In this document: positions 25,501 through 34,953 of the stretch, in pieces
Position numbering within the stretch: the stretch's first letter is position 1
Layout of the letters: each line of letters opens with the position of its first letter
IMG/VR virus record: IMGVR_UViG_3300020057_000339
Length of the DNA: 64,000 bases
Reading direction: 5' to 3' (one strand)
Origin: an uncultured virus (IMG/VR IMGVR_UViG_3300020057_000339)
Taxonomy: Duplodnaviria; Heunggongvirae; Uroviricota; Caudoviricetes
Position numbers and translations under genes: made by a program
The notes under the pieces: generated by a model
Database searches by the model: none
The model's input: only the letters and a program-made list of their open reading frames with translations
Told to the model about the DNA's origin: nothing

Positions 25501-26199
25501 TCAATATATTTTCTTCATCATAAAAGATGATCCATATTGAACTTGAGCACCAGTAGAGCCGCCAGTCAAATCATCAACCATGATTCTATAAACATAACTA
25601 TCAAAAATGGGCATAATATGAAAACCATTGGCTGTGGCTGGCCATACAGTACCGTTTCCGTCTATCCCCATTGAAGCGAAAGAGCGTGTTCCAGCAACTT
25701 CAGTAAAACCACCACCATTATCTTCTTCAAGCCAAATACTTATGCTAGCGTCACGACCCCATCCACCATCATCTTGTGCCGTTACACGCCATTCCAATTC
25801 ATAAGTTCCGTCTTCCTTAACGCCAATCTCAGAACCAGCACCACCAAGAAGAAAAAGATTCACATGAGTATTAACTTGTGTTGTGGACATAATAACTGGT
25901 GTGCCGCCGCCACCAAATACATGTGTACCAGTGCCATCAGCGTCATAAATTTGTACTACGATCGCCGTAACAATTGGTCTTACAGGCCCATTGTTACGAT
26001 TTAGATCTAAACGTCTATTACCATTATTGTAAGTAAGAACGCCAGATGAACCGCCATCATATAGATTAAGAGAACGTAAATGCACGTCATTCACTGGCAC
26101 AGTCGGAGCGGCACCATCATATGTATTACGACCAATGGAAGCTTTGATGCCACTTAATGGCATCATGTCTCCACGCAACAAAAGATGTAAACTTACCAT
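25501..26199 (-). CDS. Probable virion fibre protein
   Basis: Shared N-terminal module; C1q-like pattern IGVKEDGTYELEW. Confidence 0.6.
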   Translation of the reverse strand: MVSLHLLLRGDMMPLSGIKASIGRNTYDGAAPTVPVNDVHLRSLNLYDGGSSGVLTYNNGNRRLDLNRNNGPVRPIVTAIVVQIYDADGTGTHVFGGGGTPVIMSTTQVNTHVNLFLLGGAGSEIGVKEDGTYELEWRVTAQDDGGWGRDASISIWLEEDNGGGFTEVAGTRSFASMGIDGNGTVWPATANGFHIMPIFDSYVYRIMVDDLTGGSTGAQVQYGSSFMMKKIY

Positions 26200-26200
26200 A

Positions 26201-26971
26201 TTAGAATCCTGAAATTACAACTCTGCCAGCTTGAGCGGTGTTAAAAGTCACAGTAACAGTATTGCTATCTGTAATTGCAATCGCATCGGGAATAATTGAT
26301 AGACGTGGAGAACTTGCATCATAAACATCTACAGATACATCTGTCGTACCAAGATTGTGAATGACGGTCCAAGTTACAAATGCACCAAAAGTTTGGGCAA
26401 ATGCTCGCAGTAGTGTATTACCGGCGGTGATCGTTATTACTTGACCAATAATATCAACAACGACACCAGAGGCACCAACAACACTTACCGATCCTTGAAC
26501 TTTTGTACCATTGAAGTCAGTCAATTCATTAACAACAGATCCATTGAAGCCTTGTGGTGGGAATCTCCACAGGCCAGATAGACCTAGATGATCAACGGCA
26601 AAATTGATTGGGCTTGCACCAGCAGTGTCAAAGATAGCAAGGAAGCCGCTCGCTTGGGTCGCTAGGTCGATATTGCCAGTAAGATTAGCACCACCAAATA
26701 CACCAACGGATGTAACAGTTCCGGCACTTGTAACCAAGTTATTGAACGTACGACCTCCATCAATAGAGATCTGAAACGCACTTGCGGCTTGGCTATATCT
26801 AAGGACGCCTGATTGACCCGTCATAGGATCGTGCCAGACGCCAGAGTTCATATGAATATGACCAAACGGCGTTAGCGTGGTTATATCAAATGCATCGCCT
26901 ACGCCACCGTTCACGCCCAAGTGTGCTTGACCACTACTACCGGGAATGAGATCGCCATTTAGTCTTACCAT
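26201..26971 (-). CDS. Probable virion fibre protein
   Basis: Shared N-terminal module; C-terminal HNLGTTDVSVDVYD domain. Confidence 0.65.
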   Translation of the reverse strand: MVRLNGDLIPGSSGQAHLGVNGGVGDAFDITTLTPFGHIHMNSGVWHDPMTGQSGVLRYSQAASAFQISIDGGRTFNNLVTSAGTVTSVGVFGGANLTGNIDLATQASGFLAIFDTAGASPINFAVDHLGLSGLWRFPPQGFNGSVVNELTDFNGTKVQGSVSVVGASGVVVDIIGQVITITAGNTLLRAFAQTFGAFVTWTVIHNLGTTDVSVDVYDASSPRLSIIPDAIAITDSNTVTVTFNTAQAGRVVISGF

Positions 26972-26995
26972 GATGTTCCTCCAAATATGATTACA

Positions 26996-27388
26996 CTAAA
27001 CAATCACAATACGTCCAGATTGTGGAGTATTGAAGATTAGTGATACTTGTGTAGTATTCTCAATAATGATATCGTCAGGCATCATGGCACGTCTAGGGGA
27101 GCCATTATCGTACACCTGAACAAGTACATCCAAAGTACCTAATCCATGCGTAAACAATCCACTTGAAATAGAAGAAAAGGAATGTGCGAACTTGCTCGTT
27201 ACGCCTGATGCACCCGCACCGTCGATAACAATCTGGTTGCCGCCAGCGGCAACTACAATGCCGTTGACGCCAGTGAATGAAACAGTCGGGCCAGTCTGGC
27301 CGTTGATAGACTGGATGCCGGATGTAGACCCGCCGCCCCCACCGCTTGTGCCCCCGCCAAGGCTGACAATGCCTCCTATGCTGACCAT
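26996..27388 (-). CDS. Probable virion protein
   Basis: IQSINGQTGP fibre-like motif; C-terminal THGLGTLDVLVQVYD domain paralogous to 26201. Confidence 0.65.
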   Translation of the reverse strand: MVSIGGIVSLGGGTSGGGGGSTSGIQSINGQTGPTVSFTGVNGIVVAAGGNQIVIDGAGASGVTSKFAHSFSSISSGLFTHGLGTLDVLVQVYDNGSPRRAMMPDDIIIENTTQVSLIFNTPQSGRIVIV

Positions 27389-27822
27389 TACGCAAACTCA
27401 AGAACTCTGACATCGCAAGTCGAGTCAGAGACGCCGTAAAGGGTTACGTTCGTGGTTCCCTGGCAGTCAATTGCTATCTTTTCATTTACAGCAATTGGGA
27501 AACCATCAATAGTAGTGACACCAGATAATCCGATATACAGTATACCTGGACCAGCGTTGTGCAAAACAAGAGCACGTCTATTCTCTAGGGGGTTTAGTGG
27601 CAGTGCTATTTCGCTTGAAACAGATATGGCCTGCTGACGCAATCCAATCGACACCGAGAAGTTCTCGGGATTGAGAATGACGGTACCTTCGCCACGACGG
27701 GCACGAAGGTCCGTGCGTTGATCAGGAATCGGAAACGTACCATCTGGAAAGTTATAGACCGGCGACGGTGCTAGGTGAGGAGTTGTACCTGAGCCAATAA
27801 TTGTGCTGTATTCTAAGGACAT
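27388..27822 (-). CDS. Probable virion beta-sandwich protein
   Basis: RRALVLHNAGPGILYIG..GFPI; paralogous to 27850. Confidence 0.6.
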   Translation of the reverse strand: MSLEYSTIIGSGTTPHLAPSPVYNFPDGTFPIPDQRTDLRARRGEGTVILNPENFSVSIGLRQQAISVSSEIALPLNPLENRRALVLHNAGPGILYIGLSGVTTIDGFPIAVNEKIAIDCQGTTNVTLYGVSDSTCDVRVLEFA

Positions 27823-27849
27823 GGGCTCCCCTTTAAAGGGATTGTGTCA

Positions 27850-28296
27850 TCAGTAAGCGATAATAGTTACCGACGCACCGGCACCATCTGCTCTGGCCCA
27901 AATGTCTACGTTACACAAGAATGGAAGCTTTACTTCGTTGAACGTGTTGTTCGCCGTAGGTGGATTGATCTGGAAACCACTGGGTGCAATGACAGCAGTT
28001 GAGTTTGGGCCAATGTAAACAGAGCCCGGTCCTTGATTTTTAATCATCACTTCTCGCTGTCTAGGTAACGAGCTAATGCCCGGTCCCCAGATTCGCACAG
28101 GAGTTCCCGCCAGCGACACACCAGAGACGGCAAAGGCATCAACCGAAGTCATGTCTTCGGGGTTGCCAATCATTACCTGCATTCCGGTGCGAACACCCTC
28201 GGAACCAAGTTGAGTGCCACGCTGAGAAGGTGGAAGAATTGCACGAGTAAAAGGCAATGTTCCACTGCCTACGATTGATGCTACTATTGAGGTCAT
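27850..28296 (-). CDS. Probable virion beta-sandwich protein
   Basis: QREVMIKNQGPGSVYIG..GFQI; paralogous to 27388. Confidence 0.6.
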   Translation of the reverse strand: MTSIVASIVGSGTLPFTRAILPPSQRGTQLGSEGVRTGMQVMIGNPEDMTSVDAFAVSGVSLAGTPVRIWGPGISSLPRQREVMIKNQGPGSVYIGPNSTAVIAPSGFQINPPTANNTFNEVKLPFLCNVDIWARADGAGASVTIIAY

Positions 28297-28351
28297 ACTG
28301 AACTTCCTTGAAAAGGTACAAAAACGATACCCGACCTTAGATGAATACACT

Positions 28352-28374
28352 AAGGCCCGCTTTTAGCGGGCCTT
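28352..28374 (-). terminator. Terminator hairpin after thyX
   Basis: AAGGCCCGCT-TTT-AGCGGGCCTT. Confidence 0.75.
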
Positions 28375-28399
28375 GAAAGAACGTCAATTAGACTATAAA

Positions 28400-29029
28400 T
28401 TAAGCATATTCAAATGCCTTCAATGACATGTCAAACCGACCAGTGTCTTTAACTAAACGCAACATTTGTTGAGCGATTGTCCGAATCTCTAGCTGAGCAT
28501 GTTCGTTATTTCTCAGTCCTTGGAAGTGCATAAAGGAACGAAAGTTAAAACTCACATCAAGCACCAACTGATTAGCGTAAGGAAGAATGAAGCGTGCGGA
28601 TTCTTTAGCACGTTTTTTGTCAATGCCTTGTTTTTCAAGCTCACGCACATAACGGTGGTATTCCACATAGCATTTCTTTATGCTACACTCAAGATCATCT
28701 CGTGATTCTTGAGACCAGTCTTGTGGCAGATAATATTTGTCTTCTTTGAGTTCCTTGTAACGAGCAGATTCGGCATTCACACTAACACCGATGCGATGCT
28801 TAATGATATGAATGTGACTTGCGGTATCACAAGTGACAAGAAAATGCAATTGACTTTTTTCAAATGGTGTGTGATGACCTGCCTTAGCAAGAGATTCAAG
28901 TAGACGACCCATACGCCCACGCTTCTCGTCTGTAAGATCGCGGCTTGTACTAGTCCACGCAGACAGAGCATGTGACTCGTCACCACCATAATGTCCGATC
29001 AGTTCTACTACGTTAGTGTGCTGAGTCAT
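28400..29029 (-). CDS. thyX: Flavin-dependent thymidylate synthase
   Basis: GHHTPFE, KHRIGVSVNAESARY, ESARFILP, NFRSFMHF..LR..HAQLEIR. Confidence 0.93.
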   Translation of the reverse strand: MTQHTNVVELIGHYGGDESHALSAWTSTSRDLTDEKRGRMGRLLESLAKAGHHTPFEKSQLHFLVTCDTASHIHIIKHRIGVSVNAESARYKELKEDKYYLPQDWSQESRDDLECSIKKCYVEYHRYVRELEKQGIDKKRAKESARFILPYANQLVLDVSFNFRSFMHFQGLRNNEHAQLEIRTIAQQMLRLVKDTGRFDMSLKAFEYA

Positions 29030-29298
29030 ACAATGATGTCGCTGAGTACTTCATCGAGCTTGGATGCGAGTACTTTTAATACCTCTTCGGCATCAAAGGC
29101 ACGAGCGATCACCACCTCAGCCGTGTATCGACCATTAAGCTCAACACGATCGACTCCATCGGTGTCCATCACGGCCTTAATAAACTTCGCTTCGACTGAC
29201 TTAATTGACTTACTAATGGAAAGCATGAAACGATATTTGATTTCGTTACCCTGCTCGTCCCTAGCGAAGATCATAACGTACTTTTGTGTGTTCTGCAT
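29026..29298 (-). CDS. Hypothetical protein, leaderless
   Basis: MQNTQK start 6 nt after TAGACA-16 bp-CATAAT on the minus strand. Confidence 0.6.
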   Translation of the reverse strand: MQNTQKYVMIFARDEQGNEIKYRFMLSISKSIKSVEAKFIKAVMDTDGVDRVELNGRYTAEVVIARAFDAEEVLKVLASKLDEVLSDIIV

Positions 29299-29332
29299 GT
29301 CTATATTATGACCAAGATCAGTCTCATGTCTA

Positions 29333-31294
29333 CTAGATTTCACAAGATGAACCATCACAAAACTTAGGAGCTACTACATCACCCTCTGAAACATTGTCAA
29401 AGATAACGGCCTTCAAGTCCTTTGACATTTCAAGATACTGCTCTTTTGTAATAGTTTCATACGGAGCTTGCACGTAGCCATGCTCTGAAATTGGCAAGAA
29501 CGAAATGCCTTTGAGCGAGTCTTCATATAGCTCAAGAACGTGCTGAATATCTTCCTGCTCTTCTGGCTTGAAAGTCACAGTGATTGACACTTGGTTATCA
29601 GCCCAGTAACGTTGGTACGCAACTGCATTGGCAACCTGCTCCCAGATCGACACGTCGTCCTTCGAACGGACAAAGAACTCTTCGTGGATAGGGAATTCAA
29701 TACAGACCGTGTTCGCCTCTTGGCCAACAGCGGCTTCAATCTTATAGCCAGCTACGCGGGCAGCTTCAACTAAAGGCGAAGACGTGCCAACGCGGATTCG
29801 CCTGATGTAATACTCGGAGTGCGGGTAATGAATGCCGGGCGGCTCACCAGCAAGCAAGCTGATAGTCCCACTGGGCTTGACGGAAGTCTTCTTAATTGAC
29901 TTGGGTACACCAAGCCAATTAGAATACTGAATGTCAAGCCCAGAGATGAATTCGTAACCCTTGTCACACCAACGCAATACTTCACGACGACCGTGTCGTC
30001 CAAACGCTTTGATGATGCCGCTCTGACTCAAACCGATACGACGGTTTCTAGCCATCACAGAGTTCGTCTCTGCCCAGTGAGTCGGAATCAGGGTGACGGT
30101 CTTTGCGTACAGGTATGCAATCTTGAGAGTTTCCACATACTCGTCGAGACTTTCATGTCTCGACGGGAACGTTTCGACAAGAGTACAGAGTTCGTACTGA
30201 TGGAGAGTCTGCTCTAAGCACGGGTTACCACCAACGGCTTCACGATCTGCCCAGTCGGCAGGATCCTTCATGCGTCCGTATGCACGAGCATTGTCAAGCC
30301 ACATATATCCCGGCTCGCCGTTGGTAGCTGTCTGACGAGCGTGCCAAGCGTAGTCCATACCTACGGTAGCGAAGATAGAGTTGTTACTTGCCCATCTGTG
30401 GTGAGCTAGCTTCTCTTTGTCTTGCTTTAAAAGGGCAAATGTCTCGTCGGTTGGATCGCCGAATACGATCTCTGCGGAGCGACGAACGTTGCCCGCGACA
30501 ACACAACGGCCAATGAGATTGCCGATGTCTACGATATCTTCTGATGATAGCGTCTGGTCTGTCTTTGCGTCCAGCACCTTGCGAATGTCCTGCAACATTT
30601 CAATCAATGGTTGAGGTCCACTTGCAGTACCGCCAAATCCCTTGATGGGCGATCCTTCTGGACGAACTAAACTAAAGTCAAACCACGGTCCTGGCGTGCC
30701 ATGAATGTACGCCTCTAACATAAGTCGCAATGCTTCGACCCAGCCTTCGCGAGTATCTGGCACAACGAACGGCTCAGCCTGATTGACTGTCACGCCCTTC
30801 ACTAAGAGTTTGCCAGCACCCATCGTATCAAAGCCAACACCGACACCAACCATACTCATGTCCATAATGAACGTGAATGGCTTAATAGGATCGGTGGCGA
30901 GATCTTTCGTGCTAACGAAGGCACAGTTGTTGAGGGCCGCACCACCACGCTCTTGAACGTATTTAGTGCCCATCGCCCACAGGCCACGGCCCGGAGGAAG
31001 AAACTTGAACGTCCACATCAACTCGAACATACGCTTAGCGGTACGTTGAGCCTTTGCTTCATTCCAAGGTAAATGATTACGCTTGCAATGGTTACGCTGA
31101 ATGCTGAACGTGCCTTCAACTACACGACGACACGTCTCCCAGTATTCCTCTGAACGACTTTCGTTTTCAATGGCACGGGCATAAGTCCGTTTAAAAGTAA
31201 AATAACCCAAGCTGCCCCATTGAGGCTGTTTACCACGGTACTTGGCTACAAACGAATCGGGGAGTGTGAAAGAAGGTGTGGCGATATCAAACAT
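29333..31294 (-). CDS. nrdJ: Class II (adenosylcobalamin) ribonucleotide reductase, monomeric RTPR type
   Basis: PPGRGLW, LNNCAF, GNVRRSAE, NPCLEQ..ELCTLVE, VKPSGT, C-terminal CDGSSC. Confidence 0.93.
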   Translation of the reverse strand: MFDIATPSFTLPDSFVAKYRGKQPQWGSLGYFTFKRTYARAIENESRSEEYWETCRRVVEGTFSIQRNHCKRNHLPWNEAKAQRTAKRMFELMWTFKFLPPGRGLWAMGTKYVQERGGAALNNCAFVSTKDLATDPIKPFTFIMDMSMVGVGVGFDTMGAGKLLVKGVTVNQAEPFVVPDTREGWVEALRLMLEAYIHGTPGPWFDFSLVRPEGSPIKGFGGTASGPQPLIEMLQDIRKVLDAKTDQTLSSEDIVDIGNLIGRCVVAGNVRRSAEIVFGDPTDETFALLKQDKEKLAHHRWASNNSIFATVGMDYAWHARQTATNGEPGYMWLDNARAYGRMKDPADWADREAVGGNPCLEQTLHQYELCTLVETFPSRHESLDEYVETLKIAYLYAKTVTLIPTHWAETNSVMARNRRIGLSQSGIIKAFGRHGRREVLRWCDKGYEFISGLDIQYSNWLGVPKSIKKTSVKPSGTISLLAGEPPGIHYPHSEYYIRRIRVGTSSPLVEAARVAGYKIEAAVGQEANTVCIEFPIHEEFFVRSKDDVSIWEQVANAVAYQRYWADNQVSITVTFKPEEQEDIQHVLELYEDSLKGISFLPISEHGYVQAPYETITKEQYLEMSKDLKAVIFDNVSEGDVVAPKFCDGSSCEI

Positions 31295-32510
31295 GGAAAA
31301 AACGTCCTGGATGCAAAATTTGGTGGCCCGGCCCAGCCGAGTCCTTGTGCTTAATGTAATCCTTGATCAACATACTGCCGAGAATTGCGTTGCTAGAATC
31401 ATAACAACCGAAACCAGTCATCATGTATTGATTGGGGCGATTTGGTACCGGACCAATCAATGGCTTATCATCTTTGGTGCCACAGAAAACACCTGACCAG
31501 ACATGACTGAACTTAGAATGTTTTAAGACTGGAAAAGATTCGATGGCGAATACACGAAGTTTTTCATACACCGCAGGACTAATCTCTCCATCGTATACGA
31601 GACCTTCTTGTCGGCCTCGCACAGACTGTCGCATGCCTCCCATAAGGAAACGACTCGCGTACTGACGAAATCGCTCCTGACCATTATTGCATGAAATGCT
31701 CATAGCCGGGAGCGTCTGTGCGGCGTCGTTTTCAAGATAATCGGTAGCAACTACTTGCTCTCTAAATGGAATAAGCACATCCGCAAATTCTGGTAGTAGT
31801 CTACTCGTGTATGCACCAAGACAATACACTACTTGTTTGGCTCGAATGGTGCCACGATGACGAATTAAAACAGTTAAACTTCCATCATCGTTCGCAAGTA
31901 CAGATTCTACCTGAGTGTTAGTAAAGACACGAGATCCGTTTTTTTCAACAGTATCTCGCAAGCCATTCACAACTTTGTATGGATTGTACGAAGCTTCATT
32001 AGGAACAAACATACCACCTACGAAATGTTTAGCTGGTACTAGTAAATTTAACTGTCGTCTCGAAAGAATTGGACAGTCGATCCTACGCACCTGTTGAATA
32101 AACCATGATTCACGTTCAAGTAACGCCATCTCTTGATCGTTCATAGCAAGTCTTAGACCACCAGTTTCACGAAGGTCATGATCAAAGGATAGTGCTCGTA
32201 ACCCTTTCAAGAAACGACAGTTATTGTCGCTAACGAAATTCAGATACTCTTCACCATCTGGCATTTCATGAAAGAGCTTGCTACCGCGTAGCATAAGCTG
32301 TCCCATGCCACGACCGGACCCATGAAACCCAACAGAGTTTTCTTCAACGAGATATGTATTGACCATGCCGCCATTGACAAGATTATGAAGCAAGCTCACC
32401 CCGGCGAGTCCGCCACCGATGATGAGCGTGTCAACATTCTTTATTAATCCAGACGTGAGTTCACGCTTGGTTGGGCACGATTCAAACCACAAATTTGCGT
32501 GTTTGACCAT
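31287..32510 (-). CDS. FAD-dependent oxidoreductase (DadA/PuuB-like)
   Basis: IIGGGLAG, GFHGSGRG, WSG..TKDDKPLIG. Confidence 0.85.
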   Translation of the reverse strand: MVKHANLWFESCPTKRELTSGLIKNVDTLIIGGGLAGVSLLHNLVNGGMVNTYLVEENSVGFHGSGRGMGQLMLRGSKLFHEMPDGEEYLNFVSDNNCRFLKGLRALSFDHDLRETGGLRLAMNDQEMALLERESWFIQQVRRIDCPILSRRQLNLLVPAKHFVGGMFVPNEASYNPYKVVNGLRDTVEKNGSRVFTNTQVESVLANDDGSLTVLIRHRGTIRAKQVVYCLGAYTSRLLPEFADVLIPFREQVVATDYLENDAAQTLPAMSISCNNGQERFRQYASRFLMGGMRQSVRGRQEGLVYDGEISPAVYEKLRVFAIESFPVLKHSKFSHVWSGVFCGTKDDKPLIGPVPNRPNQYMMTGFGCYDSSNAILGSMLIKDYIKHKDSAGPGHQILHPGRFFHV

Positions 32511-32511
32511 G

Positions 32512-32805
32512 CTACAGCAATTCTTCTAGCGATACATCAGGCGACGCCCGAGCCTCATCATTCATAGCCCTGAGAACTTTACGAATGTCTGCTCTCGTTG
32601 GTTCAAAATACCTACGATAGTTCCTTGCGACGCAAGCGTCGCAAGTGTCAGTCATTAACAAAATAGACGAACCGTCTTTCGTCTTGAATTCTTGTTTATC
32701 ACGAGACACTGTATGATCCAATGGACGGGTCATACGTGTCTGCAAGCATTGCGGGCACGTAAACATCTTCTTGTCTACAGGAGGTCCATCACCAATGCGT
32801 CTCAT
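32512..32805 (-). CDS. Small zinc-binding hypothetical protein
   Basis: CPQC and CDAC. Confidence 0.6.
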   Translation of the reverse strand: MRRIGDGPPVDKKMFTCPQCLQTRMTRPLDHTVSRDKQEFKTKDGSSILLMTDTCDACVARNYRRYFEPTRADIRKVLRAMNDEARASPDVSLEELL

Positions 32806-33182
32806 CTGCTATCACCGCTTCCACCAAGAGTTCCTTTTGATGCACGAGCAGCAAGCTTGTCAAGATTGCATTGAGCGACTTCACCCATATCAAGATCAAG
32901 TTCTTTGCATAGGGCGGCAAGATACCACATAACGTCGCCAAGCTCTTTGGCGATAGCCATCTTATCTTCTATTGATACTGCACCATCTTTATCACGAATA
33001 ATCTTCTTGATTTTTTCAGCTACTTCACCAGCCTCTCCACATAATCCAAGAGCAGGATAAATGTAGTTTTCACAATGTGCGGTCCCACCAACACTATTTG
33101 GACTGACCCCAACAAAAGGATAAACTGCGGTAGCGGCGGCAAGCTTTTGATACTCTTGAAAAGTAAGGCGGAATGTATTCAT
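32802..33182 (-). CDS. MazG-like nucleotide pyrophosphohydrolase
   Basis: LGLCGEAGEVAEKIKK..ELGDVMWY..NLDKL..GSGD. Confidence 0.9.
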   Translation of the reverse strand: MNTFRLTFQEYQKLAAATAVYPFVGVSPNSVGGTAHCENYIYPALGLCGEAGEVAEKIKKIIRDKDGAVSIEDKMAIAKELGDVMWYLAALCKELDLDMGEVAQCNLDKLAARASKGTLGGSGDSR

Positions 33183-33523
33183 CACTCTTCCTTCTTCGTA
33201 TCGGGGTTCCACTTAATCCAACCGTTGTTACGTAGCCACTTACCTTCGTCGTCCTTGCGACTCGGGAACAGCGTTTCACCCTTCTTGTGCTGTCCAAACG
33301 CCAAGCGAGACTTGCAAGGAATGCTCAAGCAGTGGAGTTCATAAAAATCGTTGTCCTTAATGTTGCGGACAACAAAACGCAAATCTTCGTTGCCGCAGAC
33401 GCCACACTTCGTCTCTTCAAAGACTTCTTGAAATGTAGAAATCTGTCGGAAGAGATCTTTTTGGGACTTCTCGTCAAACTCTGCGGCGAGACGACCACTC
33501 TTGCTTGTATATGTAATCTTCAT
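33182..33523 (-). CDS. Hypothetical zinc-ribbon phage protein
   Basis: CGVCG..FYELHC...C..LAFGQ. Confidence 0.65.
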   Translation of the reverse strand: MKITYTSKSGRLAAEFDEKSQKDLFRQISTFQEVFEETKCGVCGNEDLRFVVRNIKDNDFYELHCLSIPCKSRLAFGQHKKGETLFPSRKDDEGKWLRNNGWIKWNPDTKKEE

Positions 33524-34227
33524 GAATTATCCTTATCTGTCTGTGCTCGCAATTCCTTCTTGCGGGCGTCACGTTCTTGGGTGGCGGTCAACTTGACCGC
33601 CTTCGGTTTCTGTTCGTTTAGCCATCCCATGGCTTTCTGACCTTCGTCAACCGTCAATTCGCCAAGCTCAAAGACAGAGCTATTGCGATCTTTACTAAGA
33701 ATAGCTTCGAGCACTTCGGCGTTCGTAACGCCACGAGACTCACAAAGCTTTTCAATAGCCTTCACAACCTGTGTATCAACTTTCTTATTCGATGAGGCCG
33801 CAATTTGTTCAATCGCACCGCCATCAGTAAAGCCAACCTCTTCCGACGACAGGATACCAATGTTCAGGGCCTTGCGAAGACAACGAGCTTCCGCACGAGA
33901 CTCGGCCACCGCCGTTGGATACTTCATGTACTTCTCTGACGTATTCGCCGAGTTACAGTCAGCCGCTCCAACCCACCAAGTACCATCAGAAAACTCAACC
34001 GTATACACAGCCTGCATGATGCCAACTGATCCGGTCTGGTCCTTTGTGATGAAGTTGAGTCTACATTCACTGCGAATCATGCCAGCGTCTTGAGCGAGAC
34101 GTTGTAGACCACGCAAGTATACAACTCGCATCTCCCTATTCTCTTCTTTTCGAGCACCAATGTCGGCAGGTTGAAGTTGGTCTTCCCAGTTAGTGCCGTA
34201 TCGGGGTAGCTTGGGTGTGATAGTCAT
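33520..34227 (-). CDS. Possible single-strand annealing protein (Rad52/Sak-like)
   Basis: GLQRLA and AVAESRAEARCLRKALNI..SSEE motifs. Confidence 0.55.
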   Translation of the reverse strand: MTITPKLPRYGTNWEDQLQPADIGARKEENREMRVVYLRGLQRLAQDAGMIRSECRLNFITKDQTGSVGIMQAVYTVEFSDGTWWVGAADCNSANTSEKYMKYPTAVAESRAEARCLRKALNIGILSSEEVGFTDGGAIEQIAASSNKKVDTQVVKAIEKLCESRGVTNAEVLEAILSKDRNSSVFELGELTVDEGQKAMGWLNEQKPKAVKLTATQERDARKKELRAQTDKDNS

Positions 34228-34943
34228 GAAATGATTGTCTTGGCCTGTTGCGTCTCTTGAAAAAAGAGACAGAGTTGATCATATACCCGCTGACAGCGAG
34301 CTTGCGATACAGAATTGGACTTGTCCTCGATGATCATAACGCGATAGCCTGCGGCATTCAAATGCTGTGTGAGGCGTGCGTACCGTTCTTCGAGTCGATG
34401 TTGTTGTTGTTCTCCATAGATACTAATCGGGAAGATAAGCTCTACGACCACCTTCCTGTCCTCTAATATTATGTCAGAGACGTGATCGTTCGTCAGTCGG
34501 ATTCCTGTAGAAACACGTTCCCTGCTTGCAAGGAACGTGGACAACTTCCTTCCAAAGTTCGAAAGCTCGCCTGGCTCCGGCCTGTGAGCATCTTGAAGGC
34601 GTGCCAGTACGGCACTACGCTTCTTACTTGTGCTATCCGCCCATTCTTGGCGACGCAATTTACATAACGCAGCCTTCTGATCTTTACCTCTATCGGACTC
34701 CCAAAACTCTTTCGTGCCCGTCGATATCTTTTCGCGAGCCTCGCCCGTATGATGACTGCCAGTTCTCTGATGACCAGTAGTCTCAATGTGTTTACGTTGA
34801 GCGTCACTCTTACTTCTACGGGCGACGCCCAACTTTTTCATATGATAATACAGGGTAGACTTTGACATGCCTACATGAATAGCCATTTCATCCAACGACA
34901 TAGTGTCGTAGAGTTGTTGCAAACTTTGATGCGTCAATTTCAT
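34224..34943 (-). CDS. HTH/NUMOD3-like + Vsr-like endonuclease-domain protein
   Basis: N-terminal HTH, HHTGEAREKIS repeat, SDIILEDRKVVVE..GYRVMII. Confidence 0.55.
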   Translation of the reverse strand: MKLTHQSLQQLYDTMSLDEMAIHVGMSKSTLYYHMKKLGVARRSKSDAQRKHIETTGHQRTGSHHTGEAREKISTGTKEFWESDRGKDQKAALCKLRRQEWADSTSKKRSAVLARLQDAHRPEPGELSNFGRKLSTFLASRERVSTGIRLTNDHVSDIILEDRKVVVELIFPISIYGEQQQHRLEERYARLTQHLNAAGYRVMIIEDKSNSVSQARCQRVYDQLCLFFQETQQAKTIIS

Positions 34944-34953
34944 AGTTTGCGGT

